Below are positions 1-13,090 of a stretch of 64,000 nt of DNA, piece after piece. The stretch's first letter is position 1. Every line of letters begins with the position of its first letter. The notes beneath the pieces were generated by a model. It saw only the letters and a list, made by a program, of their open reading frames with translations. It had not been told where the DNA came from and did no database searches. The stretch is from assembly GCA_000165425.1 (NCBI GenBank), contig CT868629.1, positions 310,001 to 374,000 on the forward strand, given 5' to 3'. This DNA comes from Paramecium tetraurelia. Taxonomy: Eukaryota. A program made the position numbers and the translations under genes.

Positions 1-162
1 TTGCAGAGCCTATTGTAAAAAAAGACCTGCTTAACTCATAGAAGTTCAATGACTAATAAAAACTGTCTCAAGAAGAAGCTGAATACTAGAGAACTCAATT
101 AGTTTAAGTGTGTAAGGTTACCCCTATCCAACAGAGACGTTAATAATCAACAAAAAGAATGA
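1..162 (+). CDS. 3' end of a hypothetical protein (partial, runs off window)
   Basis: Frame 1 open from base 1 to TGA at 160-162 (LQSLLQKKTCL...NNQQKE*), followed by AT-rich sequence; no motif, frame uncertain. Confidence 0.35.
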
Positions 163-1801
163 CTTTTTATATACATAGTTAAATATTTATGCACTAAGGT
201 GTCTCATATTAATATTTTTATCAAATCACATTTTATTATTTGAAGAATTTTATAGTACTATATTTAATTCTTATTTTATTTTGCATGTTACAATATATTA
301 TTTAAATCTATCTCAACTTTAGCATAAAATAAATCAAGCGTATCAATTATCATCCAAATTACAATCAATATAATTTAAGTCAATGCCATTCAGATGTTTA
401 AGAATAAAGGAAACTAAATTATATATTTATTTTTCAAAATGTATATAAATTTATAACAGTCATAAAGTTAAAAAAGATGAATTTGTTAATTAACAAAAAT
501 TACCTCAAGCAATAGCTATAATAAGCAGGGAAGATGTAAATTAGAATATATTGATAATAATTGTATTAAAAATTCTGGGGTTGTTTAATTTAAATTCTTA
601 TAAACATCAACATTCCAATACAAAGAAAGTCAAAAAATAGAACCTAATTTCATTATTTAAGATAACCTATAAATGATTCATTGTAAACAATTTATTTATT
701 ACTTAATCTAAATACATTAAGCAAATATATGAATCCATCCTAATTTTTATATTAATAATTTAATTAAAATAATAAAAGGGTAAAACTCAGCTTCATTATT
801 ATTGTTGAAGAGTAATATAATTCTTAAATCATCTAATAAATGTCTCAAATTTGACTGCTTTAGATATATCTATCAATAAACCAGAATATTTGAATTCTTT
901 AATATTCTATAAATTTGCTCTATGTTTATACTTTTTGCATTCAAACACCATATTCTAACCTTTAAACGACTATCCATGCATATCTAATACTAATCCCCTT
1001 TTTTGAGTAAATATCTTGTTATAATAATACATTTTAAAATAAATCTATTATTTTTTTTCGTTTAATATAAAGAATATTGTGAATATAGGGGAACAGTATC
1101 ACATTTAGATAAGTATCCTTAATTAGTAAAATAAATTCTTATCTGGGGAAATTCTAATTAATTATTATATAATATAAAGTTTACATCAATTAAAATTTTA
1201 TAGTTTTTTAATAAGTAACCCTTCAATCATTCTTGTTCAATAATTTTGAATTTATTTGTTCATTTTTCTAATAATAAACTTATAAATCTATGAATAAGTT
1301 TTATTATTATATTAACTCCACTTTAATTTCACCTACTTATTAATAACAATTTTCACATTTATTTTATAGATTTTCGTTCGTCCATTGGGAAAGGTTGGCG
1401 AGGTTAGCTTACCTAGATCACAACATATATAAAAATAAAGATTATTTTCATTTATTATAATGTAATTTGAAATAATTATATAACAAATTGTAATTCTCTT
1501 CCTTCTTCCCAATATCAGGTATTATCTTGAATAAAGAGAAAGGAAAATATTCAATAGTAGTAAAAAAGTGAAATGAAATAAATAATTTTGATTTCATTTA
1601 TTGAATTAAAATATTAAGATTTTTGAAAAGAGATAAATGGATCTTTATTATGAACAAGAGAAATTTATATTTTAAAGAAATAATGTATATATATGTATAT
1701 ATTTAAACCTTAATAATTTATGAATAATTCTTTTATTACTGTGTTTGTAACACAGATGTATTGATTTATGTATAATTAATTAAATTAATACACAAGCTAA
1801 T

Positions 1802-2708
1802 ATGTCAACAATTGAGAAGCAAGTCTAGAAGTAAAGAAAACTCAGCAACGAATTCGAATACACATACAATTCTACAGAAACCCATACAAATTCATCATTC
1901 TTTGATGAAGAGAGAAGTTAAGATTTTTAAGATTATAATTCATCAGTTGAAGAAGACTTTTAAGATATGTGGGAAATGTCATCTATCTGCACAGAGAATG
2001 TACTTTTTCTTTTAAAATATTAAGTCTTAAAATCCACAATTTATAGAGGAAAATCAAGCAAATAAGAGAATTACAAAAAGAGCGAATCCTGTATAAGCAA
2101 TGAGAGAAAGTACCTTTGTTTAAGAAGGAATTATTGCTGATGCTCCTGTGAGCATTAGTAAAAATTCTAAATCTGGCAAGGGCATTGCCATTCACGTGCT
2201 TGGACATGGATCCATATGCTACTAGAGTAAAAAGGAAAAAAAATCATAAAAATTACTCAATAAACAACTTGAGTGCAATAATGGGCAACAACAATAAGAT
2301 TAGAATCAATAAAATAATTAATAAAGAGATTAACAACTAGGTCATTAATTACCGTAAAGAGGATCAGGATAGGAAGATAAATAAATTAAATAGTGTTAGA
2401 AAATCACACTTTCATATTTGTTGATGGAAAAGGAAGTCGAAAAATAAGCAAAGATAAGAGCCATTAATTTTATTGAGAAATACATTTCATAATATAAAGT
2501 TGAAGATGTTATTGAAATGATCTCAGAAACCTACAAGGTGTTATTAGTACCAGATTAACAAATGTAACAATTGGCAGGAGTATTGACTTAAGAAGAGCGA
2601 AATTTTTAGTTGAATCTATCCTTGCTGCGTTTAAATTTGCCCCAGAATATTCATCCATTAGCATCGAAAGCTGAATCGAAGTTAAGGAAGTATTTTATTG
2701 GCTATTGA
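1802..2708 (+). CDS. Hypothetical protein, Q-rich middle
   Basis: ATG 1802 (MSTIEKQVQKQRKLSNEF), one ~25 nt intron near 2000, open to ...KLRKYFIGY TGA. Confidence 0.75.
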
Positions 2709-2806
2709 GAAACAGTTTACAAGACTTGCTAAGGACAATGAGAGTATTATTCATAATCTAGATAGAGCTCTCATGAGCATTATAACAAATCTTATATTAA
2801 TAATTT

Positions 2807-3796
2807 TCAGAAAATATAATCAATAAGATCATGTAATTTGAGCTTTTCTCTATTAAAATCTCTAACATCTTCACATTAACTGGCCTCAATTAAGTAGTCA
2901 ACCAAGTATTTCAACTCCTGATCCTTTTCATCATCGGTCCATTCCAGAATAGGAATACCATTCTCTAATTAAAATCCAAAAGAGTGAGTTAAATTGTCAA
3001 CGATTATGATGTTTTTCAAATCAACATCTCTAAGGATACGAAGATCCTTAATAAAGTAACCATTCTTTGTTTCGAGACAATGATTTCTAGTAAATATCCC
3101 TAAGATTTTATCCTCTAGTGGATCAATGTAATCAACTAAGGCTAAAGCGTATGATGGGGAAGAGGCGGTAAATATGAATATCTGGTAAAAAGTAGATAAA
3201 CAATCAAGAAAATATGCTAAATATGGTCGCACGTTGAATCTAAGCTAAAATATTACACTATATAATACTAATTGTCCATCCTCAGTTTTTAACTAAACTT
3301 AAGATTTCTCCTTGCTTGTACAAGAATGTATCAATGTTTCATCTAAATCTAATATCAATATTTTTTTCTCCTTGTCTTTTAAAGGGATGTCTACTTACTT
3401 CTGCTATAAAAATTTCTCTGATGGAGGTTTCAAAGACTTAGCAGCATAAGTAACCCCTCTTTTTGTATATTCAATATGTTTGAGTAGGGTCTCCTATGTT
3501 GTTCTTTATCCAAATATCAACTATCTAAATGGATGCTCTGCAAATATGTCTCGCCTATTAACCAAAGCCCTGCCACCGTGAGCGAAAGAAGATTTGCTTT
3601 TTTCGTGTTATATTTTGAATTTAGACATTTTTAAGGGAGTTAGAGCCATTTTACTAGGTGTACCAGTATCCGAATCATCACTTTGTAATTATTCTTTTAT
3701 AGAAAGTGGAGTCAAGGCTGTGTCTGGTGTTTTCTCATCCTCAGATTAGCCTAGCTGATATTTTTTATTAAGAAACGTAATCTTCTTCTTTATCAT
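2807..3796 (-). CDS. NIF/SCP-type CTD small phosphatase (HAD family)
   Basis: ILILDLDETLIHSC motif, RPYL..FL, IFTAS..YA, KDLRIL, IIIVDN, NGIPI; one intron near 3246-3270. Confidence 0.92.
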
Positions 3797-4520
3797 TTTT
3801 TTATATTATTTAGACGACTATTTAAAGTAAAATCGATTTTAAGATATGAATACGACATAATAAAATATTGTTTGAAATAAATTGCTTCAAATCTTGTTAA
3901 ATAAAATTTACGTATATATTTTAATGAATTCATTTTCATATTTAAAAAATTATAATTACTTATTTAGTTCTAATTCAATGTGATTATTTAATGTAATATT
4001 GGGTTTTCGTTAAATCTAAACAGAAAAAATCTTGAATTATTTTCTAATTATGAATATCGATTTATTCACATAAGTTTATGATTCTAAACTCAATTCCATC
4101 CTTATGTCTTTTGTTAAATTTTAGTATTTACAATCAATTTAAATTTTCACATATATATTCCATCAATTCCAAAAATTTAATGATTTTTCAAATTAATTTG
4201 TAGTACAATTTATACTACTTAAATACTTCTATTATACTTTGTTGTTATTGAATATTTTAATTTTATAATCACTAAAATAATAGCTTAATATTTGTGATAA
4301 TTCGAAAGAGTGGAGAGCTGAGTAATTTTAATATAACTCTCTATTTTATCAGACACAAGAGAAATATGAATAATTATTCTTTTTTGTAGATAATTGATGT
4401 TCAATATCATTGATAAAAGAATTCAATTAATACAAAAAAAAAATTAACGAATTTAAAATTTTGGTTGGCTTTATCATTGTTTCTATTTTAATTTAACATG
4501 GCTATTTAGAATGAATTATA

Positions 4521-7239
4521 ATGATATTAAATTATTTAATGCAATTAAATTGGATTTTAATAAAGTTTCATTCAATAAACACACTCAATATTGTTTTAGG
4601 ATTATTACTTTATTTATAAGATATCACTTAATTAGGATCTTTAATAATTCTGATGCTTAATGGAATGATAATGTTAACTGGGATTTTGATATTAAGGAAA
4701 AAGTTAATAAATTAGAGTCATTTACAACAATTAATACTCATAATACTTAGCATTCAAATTACATATTGTTGTTTTCTTAATCGCGAATTAAATGTGTGCA
4801 GTTATTTGCTGCTTAAATTTTAAGAATCACAGATTATAAAAAAGTAATCAATAATAAGATGTTTTCTATATCATGTTGTCTATAATTTAGTTATGTTTTC
4901 TTTATTAATATATCACAGTGAGAACATTATTTTATACATTTTGGCGTTCTATTGTACCTTGATTATGATTCCTAAATCTAAATTAAGTTTATAACAAGAA
5001 TTAGAACTACCTACCCATTAAACTAAGCCTGGTCAAAGAAATGCCGAAATAATTAATTTGGTTTAAGATTAAATTAGCAATTAGTGGATGATTAGATTAC
5101 AAAATATTCCTGTAGGAATAATGATTGTGAAAAAGGAGAATTTGTAAGTCATGTTTTAAAATCAATCTCTTTTGTAAATGTTCTAAGGAGTCAAGGATGT
5201 TTAATCATATCTAATGAACGAACTGTAATTTAAACTCTAGATAAAAAGGAAGAAAAAGTCAGGTAGAGAATCTAGTATCAGACTGCCAAAGCAACCAAAT
5301 AGTAGTTTATCCTAGGTTTATAGTTGTAGCAAAGTTACAAGTTTATAAAATATGCCAAATACTTTACAAGAGATTTTAACAGAATTATAGAACGGGAGCT
5401 TGGAATAGTTTTTATCAAAGGAGAATCATTTGGAATTATTAGGTCAAACAGCAAAGAATAAATCAGCATAATTATTTGAAGATGATACCATTCGTAAAAT
5501 CTAATGCAAAATATTTGGTGGTTAAAATGACTTAGAGTACCTGATTATAATGGATGATATCTCATTGCAGAGTTATTTATAAAAATTGGAGACAAGAGAA
5601 AAATTTTAAGTAAGCGTTATTGATTCTTTCTCTCATGAATTGCGAACTCCACTAAATAGTGCTAAATTATTTCTAGATGCTCTACTAAATGACCCATAGA
5701 TTTAGGAAACCTATAAGACTAATTGTATAGAACCAGCTGCAAATGCTTTAAAATTATAGGCTTATTTAATTCGAGATATTATAGACTTTACTCAATTTCA
5801 TTCACATGTGATTAAGTACAATATTCAAGAATTCAATTTTGAAAATATTATTTAAGAAATTAATGATATTTTTAGACCTATTTGTACAATAAAAAATTTA
5901 GGATTGCACATAATTGTAAAAAACTCAGTTCCACCTCAGATTGACTCTGACTTTGATAGAATAATGCAAATTTTAGTTAATCTCATATCAAATTCAATTA
6001 AATATTCTGTAAGAGGCTTGATCACTTTGGAAATATCTAGTACTGAAAGAACCATGACATTTTGTATCAAGGATTAAGGAATAGGAATACCATAAAACAA
6101 ATTATATCAAATTTAATAGTTTTTAAAGTCTTTTAATGAAAGTCGAGACTTTTGTAGTTAGGATGAGTGGGAGGGTTTCGGATTGCTTGTTAGTTAGATG
6201 AATTTGTTGAAATTGGCTCCGTAGAACAAAAGCCAACTCAGAATAACATCACGTGGTAATACAGAAGGGTCTGAAGTGACTTTTAAGATTCGAACTGCTT
6301 AATCGACAAACACTCAGATTTTAAGAGCAAACACACTTTAGAGAACAAGTCTGAAGTGTGCATAAACTGTACCTGACTTATGTATGGGGATATAAGGAAT
6401 TTTGATAATTAATAATCCTCAACCAGACAATTCGATTTTCGAGACATCTATATAATAAATCCCAATTCGACAACAACATTCTATTGCTAATTATTTCAAA
6501 CCACAACAGTCCTCTGGAATATTTAATTAAGTTGGCTAATAAGAGACTGATTTAATAGATGATTTAGATTCAGAAAGGACTAATCCAGAAGTTAATTTGT
6601 TAAAATTGAATTGTCAAAGCATACATACCGCATTAATAGCATAAAATACTGAAACAAAAGATCGATAGGGTAAGAGGAGAAGACAGTCTTCATTTAGTAT
6701 ATCTGATTTAGATGCCTCTTCAAGTAATCGACCAAATACTCTTGTATCTAGATTAATTTAGAAAGAAGAAAAGGAAATTGAGATGGAAGAATAATTCTAA
6801 AATATAAGATTTCCATGCAAATGCGCTAGAATTTTGAGTGTTGATGATGATATCTTCAATCAGAAAGCTTTGCAGGTAATAATTACTCAGATGGGTTTTA
6901 ATGTGTAAATTGTATACATTTGTTTATATTTAGGCCTACAATGGATAATAAGCAATAGATGTTATAGAAAAGACAGAAAAATGTTCCGATGCATGCCAAT
7001 TATTTTATTTTATTTTAATGGATTGCTAGATGCCAATAATGGATGGATGGACGACTACGAAGATGTTGATGGGCATGATTCAAGAGAATCTTATACCTGA
7101 CATACCTATCATTGGATTGACAGCTTTTAACTCGGCCGAAGATATTGAAAGGTGCATGGAGGTCGGAATGAGGGAAGTCTTCACAAAACCATTGAATATC
7201 AGTTTGCTTAAACAAGTATTACTAAAGTTAATTAATTGA
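4521..7239 (+). CDS. Membrane-bound hybrid histidine kinase (TM region, PAS-like, HisKA, HATPase_c, receiver)
   Basis: H-box SFSHELRTPLN, N-box RIMQILVNLISNSIKYS, G1 IKDQGIGI, receiver VDDD...LMDCQMPIMDG...GLTA...KP; hydrophobic N-terminus; 5' end inferred. Confidence 0.9.
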
Positions 7240-7327
7240 TGAACTTATTCGCGTAATCTTACTAAAAATGAATCAATTGTAATCATAATTTATTGTAAAC
7301 ACATTCTAATAATTATTATCCGTTAAT

Positions 7328-9663
7328 ATGAGTTTCAGAGATTTAGAAAATCCAGACCAGGCAGTCTTTATATCCTAAGATTTGCTAAATGAATCCTTTT
7401 CCCAAATTTCACAAGAACAAAATGCTGAATAACAATAAGAATTAGTCAACAATAATGAGAACTACCCTTAATTCAGTCAGACTCAGAATTCCCATATTCT
7501 CTCTGAAATCATCAATACTCCATCTCAACCTAAATTACAAGTTAAGAAATCCACATTACTTCCCCAATCAGGTGGATTGTTTTCTTATTTAATTGACAAT
7601 CAGAGCAGAATATACGACATCTTTTAAAATTTCCTACACAGAATCTTTCAATACTACTTCATTAAAAAAGTGATGGACTAGAATATTATACAAAACTATA
7701 TTGATTTACAGGCAGTCAAAAGAAAACTCAGTTATGTTCAATAGGTCTATAATTAAACCTTTTGCGCTTTGAAAAATAGCATTCAATATTATTAAGATAA
7801 GATCTTGATATTGACATCAGAAATAGACAAAGAAGATCCTTATTCCTTATTGACTTAGCATGAAATTGATCTGAGAAGAGGATTGCATGATTTCTATTAA
7901 TTTATAGATTCAGAGGACCTACTTACTTCCAGTAAAGGCATGGGAGGAAGCTAAAACATGTATTTATTCTAAAATAATCCAACTTAGAAGTCAATATAAA
8001 ACAATTTAGATAGAAGTATTCAATCCAGCCGATTTAAATTCTCTTGACAAAGTTGCTTAATTTGTTTTGAACAGTATTGAACTTGAACAAATCAGCATAA
8101 CTCCCATACAATTGTTGAATGATGATTTGTCATTGAATCTACTTAAAGTAACCATGCAATTGTTGCAGATATGGTAACATTTATTTAGATTTTTGAACCA
8201 AAATGATGTTACCAATATTTAATTCAATTACGAAGTCGATCAAGCAAATCATAATGCTGCGATAGTTGCAGCCTAAACCTTCTTGTTGGTTCCTTTGGAT
8301 ATTGCCAACAAGATTTTGAAAGGTCATTACAAGGAACTCATTAATTATCATCTAAATTCAAATAACAAGTTGCCACTCAAAGAGGAATATGAAAAGAAAA
8401 GAGAAGAAAAGAGTTAGGCTAAGTTGTAAAGCACTCTTCATTTTGACAAGGCGGAAAATATTATTAAAATAGCTGATGATGCTTTAACAAATGAAGCAGA
8501 GAATTTTTCATTTTCAAATGCTGAACATTCATTAATGGAAGAACAATCAGATTAATAATAAACAATTTAGAAATATAACCATAAATATTAATTGAATTCA
8601 GAATAATACAAATAAACCATATTAGATCAGGCAGTAGAATTGAGTTTCAAAGGCAAAATAAATGAATCACATTTACTAGATATCTAACCTCCAAAACATA
8701 GATCTTACATAGCTGAAAGTGGACAATAAATATTGCGAATTACACCGATTACAATTAATACTTTAAATTGTCAGAAACCTAATATCGAATTTAATCATAT
8801 CAACTATTTCATTGATCCTTAAAAAGAGTTTCTACACTACTTCAAACCCAATACAAAGTACTTCTTTATATGGTAAATTGGAGCTGAAAATGTTTAAAAG
8901 ATTGCTTGCGATGTTGAACACCAATTTACTAATGAATTGATTTCATTTGCAACTAAAGAAGGAATCATATTCTTGTTTAACCCATTTTCTTAGACTGCTG
9001 ACAACACATTCTATAGATACAATGAGTATGCTTCCATCCTCTAGGCTTTGCCTAACATGATTGAGAAGAAAAGAAATTTCAGAGTTGCTTAAGTAGGGCA
9101 TTATATCTATTTGATTGGGGGTGAAAATGAAAATAAACAGGTTAGCAATGCTTGCGAAAGGTTTAATCTAAAAACTTTAGAATGGCAAAAGATCAAGCCT
9201 TTCTAGACTCCTTTAACAAAAGTGAATCTTGTGGTTTTCCAACAAAGATATTTGGTTAGATTTGGAGGGTTGAATCGTTTTGATCATTTTGATAAAACTG
9301 TTGAAAAGTAAATTTGAAATAATAATCATTTATAGGTATGATACGAAGAGACATAAGTGGTACTAATTAAGATTGACTAGTGGACAAGATTAAATATTCA
9401 AGTTGAACAGTGTCTGTCTGTAGATAAATTCTAATTCAATTTTGATATTTGGAGGTGAAAATGACAATGATTACAGCGATGCAAAGATATCACTGCTTAC
9501 AATTGATGAGGTTGAGAAAAAGAAGAATGAGAATGTTGCACATCTTTAGGAATTAAATATCCAATAATAATTTCTATCATTCATCGGTCAATATGATCTG
9601 AATGTTTACTACCAGCACGATAGGATTTACTTATTTAGAAAAAACTACAGTTCATTATTATGA
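7328..9663 (+). CDS. Kelch-repeat protein (C-terminal propeller)
   Basis: IYLIGGEN..VSNACERFNLKTLEWQKIKP, YLVRFGG, ILIFGGEN repeats; intron near 9308-9335. Confidence 0.85.
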
Positions 9664-9821
9664 AGCATTTGTAAATGTTGAAAATAAATATATTTTATTA
9701 TATATATTTGTAAATTTAAGCAAACTTGTTTAAAGTGGGGATTTGAAAGTTTAAGTTATAAAATTTCTGCATTCAATATTTTTCTATTTACACATATTTT
9801 AGCTAGTAATTTTATTAACAA

Positions 9822-10866
9822 ATGAGTGATCTGATTTCAAAAACTTACAATAAAATTTCAGATGTTTTTTCAAGATCTCAGGTAAAGAAGGCTGTTGAAG
9901 GTCTTAACACTTATTAGCAAAGAGTGAAATTAATTGATCATATTATAGATAGAAGATAAGAAATAAGAAATGCTGATGATATCGCAAAAATCTAACAATA
10001 TGCTCATATTTTTAAAAAAATGTTAAGACGATACAAAAAGAAGAAGGATGAAGATAATGAATAAGAAAAAGCTAAATTGAAGATGGAAATGGTTATGCAG
10101 TTATTTCGAGGAGAAAAGAAAAAGCAAACTCAGAATTATGACATGGAACAAATAAAAAAACAACAATTAGCGAAATCAAGAAGAAATGCCCTTCCTTAAT
10201 AAAAAAAAAACCAATAGTAATACACCCAGTCAACAAAGGTTGAAGATTCCAAAATGTTCGAAACATCTCCAAGCAGAAATAAGAAACTTAATAGATTCTT
10301 CACTGAAAAAGATCCTCTGCAAGTAGAGAAATAAGTAGAATAAGAAATATATGATTTCCTCTAAAAAAATCATGAGCTTGATTAAGTTCAAAAGGATAGG
10401 TTTCTTAGAATGACTGATAAAAGTTAATAAATACGATATATCGAAAGTAAAGTTAAGCATCAATTAGTTCTTCAAGAAAATTAATAACAATAATTGGCCA
10501 TTAAAGTATTAGATTTAAAATATCAAGTAACATTATTAAGTGAAAAACCTCTTTCGATAAAAAAATAACAGAGGTCACACTTAGATTAAATTGGCAAAAT
10601 CTTTTTAAGGAAAATTAAATGATCTCAAAATTGATGGTCCTCTCACTTCCCGTAGATAGATCAATGGAGAAGATTCTTTTGCTTCATACACAGAAATCAA
10701 GTTAAACAAGTTGTATCAAGAGTCTTCATCTATACAGAAGACTATAAAAACAAAGACGTTGTCTTGTCCAACAAATCAAATTTAAAACTATTTAATCCAT
10801 ACTAACAGAGATATAATTGATATTTCAAACAAAAAATTATTCCATATTTAAAAGTTTAAATTATGA
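9822..10866 (+). CDS. Hypothetical K/Q/E-rich coiled-coil protein
   Basis: ATG 9822 open under ciliate code; predicted 22 nt intron near 10506 restores frame to TGA at 10864-10866. Confidence 0.7.
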
Positions 10867-11080
10867 TAAATATTAGTATTAACTTTTTATATTTACATTC
10901 AAATTATGTAATCAAATAAAAACTATTTTTTAAATTGTTTCTCGTATTACACCTATAAGTAACATTCTATTTGTGAATCAATTCTGAGTTTTATAAGAGA
11001 GTGTCACTTATGTTTGCAAATATTCTTAAATAAATAAATGTAAATATTATTGATTAATTGCACATAAATTTATAAAAAAA

Positions 11081-11951
11081 ATGAGTATTGTTGCTCTTTT
11101 CAAAAATTGCTATGAACATTTTAAAGGCAAATTTTAGAAAAATTATATTTCAGCACAAACACCCAAATAATATTCATAGAAGAAAGTATTGGTTCTGGAT
11201 TTGGATGAAACACTGGTTCATTGTGAATTCAAAGAAAATGAAAATTTTCAACATGAGGTATTGCTTGAAGTCATTCACAAAGGATAATTATACACAGTAT
11301 ATTTGAAAGCTCGGCCTTATTTAAATCAGTTTTTATAAGAAGCTAGCAAAGATTATGAAATTTTTATTTTTACAGCAGGTTATGAGGCTTATTGTTAAGA
11401 AGTGTTAAGTTTCATAGATAAAAAAAAAATAATAAGTGATTATTACGCAAGAGGAAGCTGTCAATTTATCGATGGAATTTGCTATAAAGATCTTTAGTTA
11501 ATTGACAGACCTATGGGAGATATAATCTTCATTGATGTAATTAATAATCAATAATTAGAATAATCCAAATGCTTTTATAAAATGCTAGGATAATGGATTA
11601 TTAATACCTTCTTTCTTAGATTCAGAAGATGACGATTGTCTTCTTCGATTAATACCATTCTTGAAATATATGGCTAAAAAAAAGGACTTACGACCAGTGG
11701 AATAACATCTCAAAATTTATGAGGATAATAATGGTACTATAGTCTTCTGCGAAACTTAAAAGTCTATATAGATAGAACAAGAAGAGCCTGATGAAGATAC
11801 CTTAAGTGAAGGGAAGGTTGTTAAGAGGGAATAGGATGTTACAGATTTGGATATTAAACATAAAAAAACCCAAACTTAATTGGAAACTGTAAACAAGATA
11901 AAAAGTAAATTAAGAAGCGTAACTCTATTTTCCAGTTCAAAACATAATTGA
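11081..11951 (+). CDS. Second NIF/SCP-type CTD phosphatase
   Basis: KKVLVLDLDETLVHCEF, RPYLNQFL, FIFTAG, KDLQLI, IIFID/NNP across an intron near 11537-11558. Confidence 0.92.
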
Positions 11952-12136
11952 TTTCACAACTTAAATTTATCTTAGTCAGACATTTATATGTCATTGATCA
12001 AGTTTATATTTCGATCCTTCAAAAGGCTGTTGATTATATATGGAGTTTGGGTTTCTTTAAATCTTTTTCTGATTAAAATAATAAGCTTATATTGCTTTAT
12101 AGCGAAAATAAATCATTTCCAATTGTTTTAGTCTAT

Positions 12137-13090
12137 TCACATGTAATCTTAAAAGGACTTCTAATAGTATGGACTTAAATTCGAGTATTAGCTATCCTAA
12201 TTTTCTTATTGACTTCTAATTGGCAATGGAGAATTTACTAAGGATAATAATTTATTATTTACATTAATTTGGGCTAAAAGTTGATAAATTTTTTTTCAGT
12301 GAATAATTTAGTTATGATTACATCATTCTTAGAATTGGGGATAATGATTCCATTTATTAAGTTTGCGACTATGGAGGCTCGAGTTCTGTCTTGACATTGG
12401 CTTTAAATAAATCTTATCCATTATTATCTTTAATGTTTGTATCTTGTTGTTTCAAAAAGAAACTTAACAAATAGCTAAGCCTATCGATTTTCGTATCTAA
12501 CGATTGTCTAGATAAACTTAATTAGGTCCATATAGAATTGTGTTGTTCCATTATAATTTAGTTTTATTCACTTATCGCTTTGAAATCATTTTCAAATTAT
12601 AGCTATCTTTATTTCAAGAATGTTAACTCTTGTTCCATTTATTACTCGAATTCAGCCTCAGTTGATTCTGCTTTTACACTTTTCTTTTCTTTTTTTAATA
12701 AAACTTTCTATTTGATTGGGTTTCGTTTAATTTGAGATAATTGTTTTCTAATATAGTAACAAATAAATACTTGTTTCCTTTTTTGAAACTTGGATGAGTA
12801 AATATTTCATAATTTTCAGAATTCCTTGCCTTCTGGAACTCATACATGTTTAATTGTCGTAAAAAGGATTAATAGTGATTGTGTTTGAAATATTATGGCA
12901 ATATCTGGCTTTCCATTTCTTTGGGGTTCATTACAATGAAGTACTCACCATCGTCACTCCATTTAATTATTGTTTAAAATTACGGCGTGCTCTATATGAG
13001 ATCGTCAAATAAAAATACTTGTTCGTCTAGCATATCATACAGTTTTATGATAAATGCAGGGGTAGAGAAGGGTCCTTGTTGATTATTCAT
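12137..13090 (-). CDS. Heat shock factor (HSF-type DNA-binding domain plus coiled coil)
   Basis: PAFIIKLYDML...IIKWSDDGEYFIV.NPKEMESQILPQYFKHNHYQSFLRQLNMYEFQK...FTHPSFKKG; heptad region follows; three predicted introns. Confidence 0.92.

Noticed and set aside
300..1300. Minus-strand gene
   Set aside because: Coding-like patches but TGAs in each frame tried and no motif; possibly a relic, not supportable as a CDS.
4050..4514. In-frame TGAs (4395, 4512) upstream of the histidine kinase as selenocysteine or readthrough
   Set aside because: No redox motif or SECIS recognised; long open frames arise by chance with one stop codon; ATG 4521 is the simpler start.
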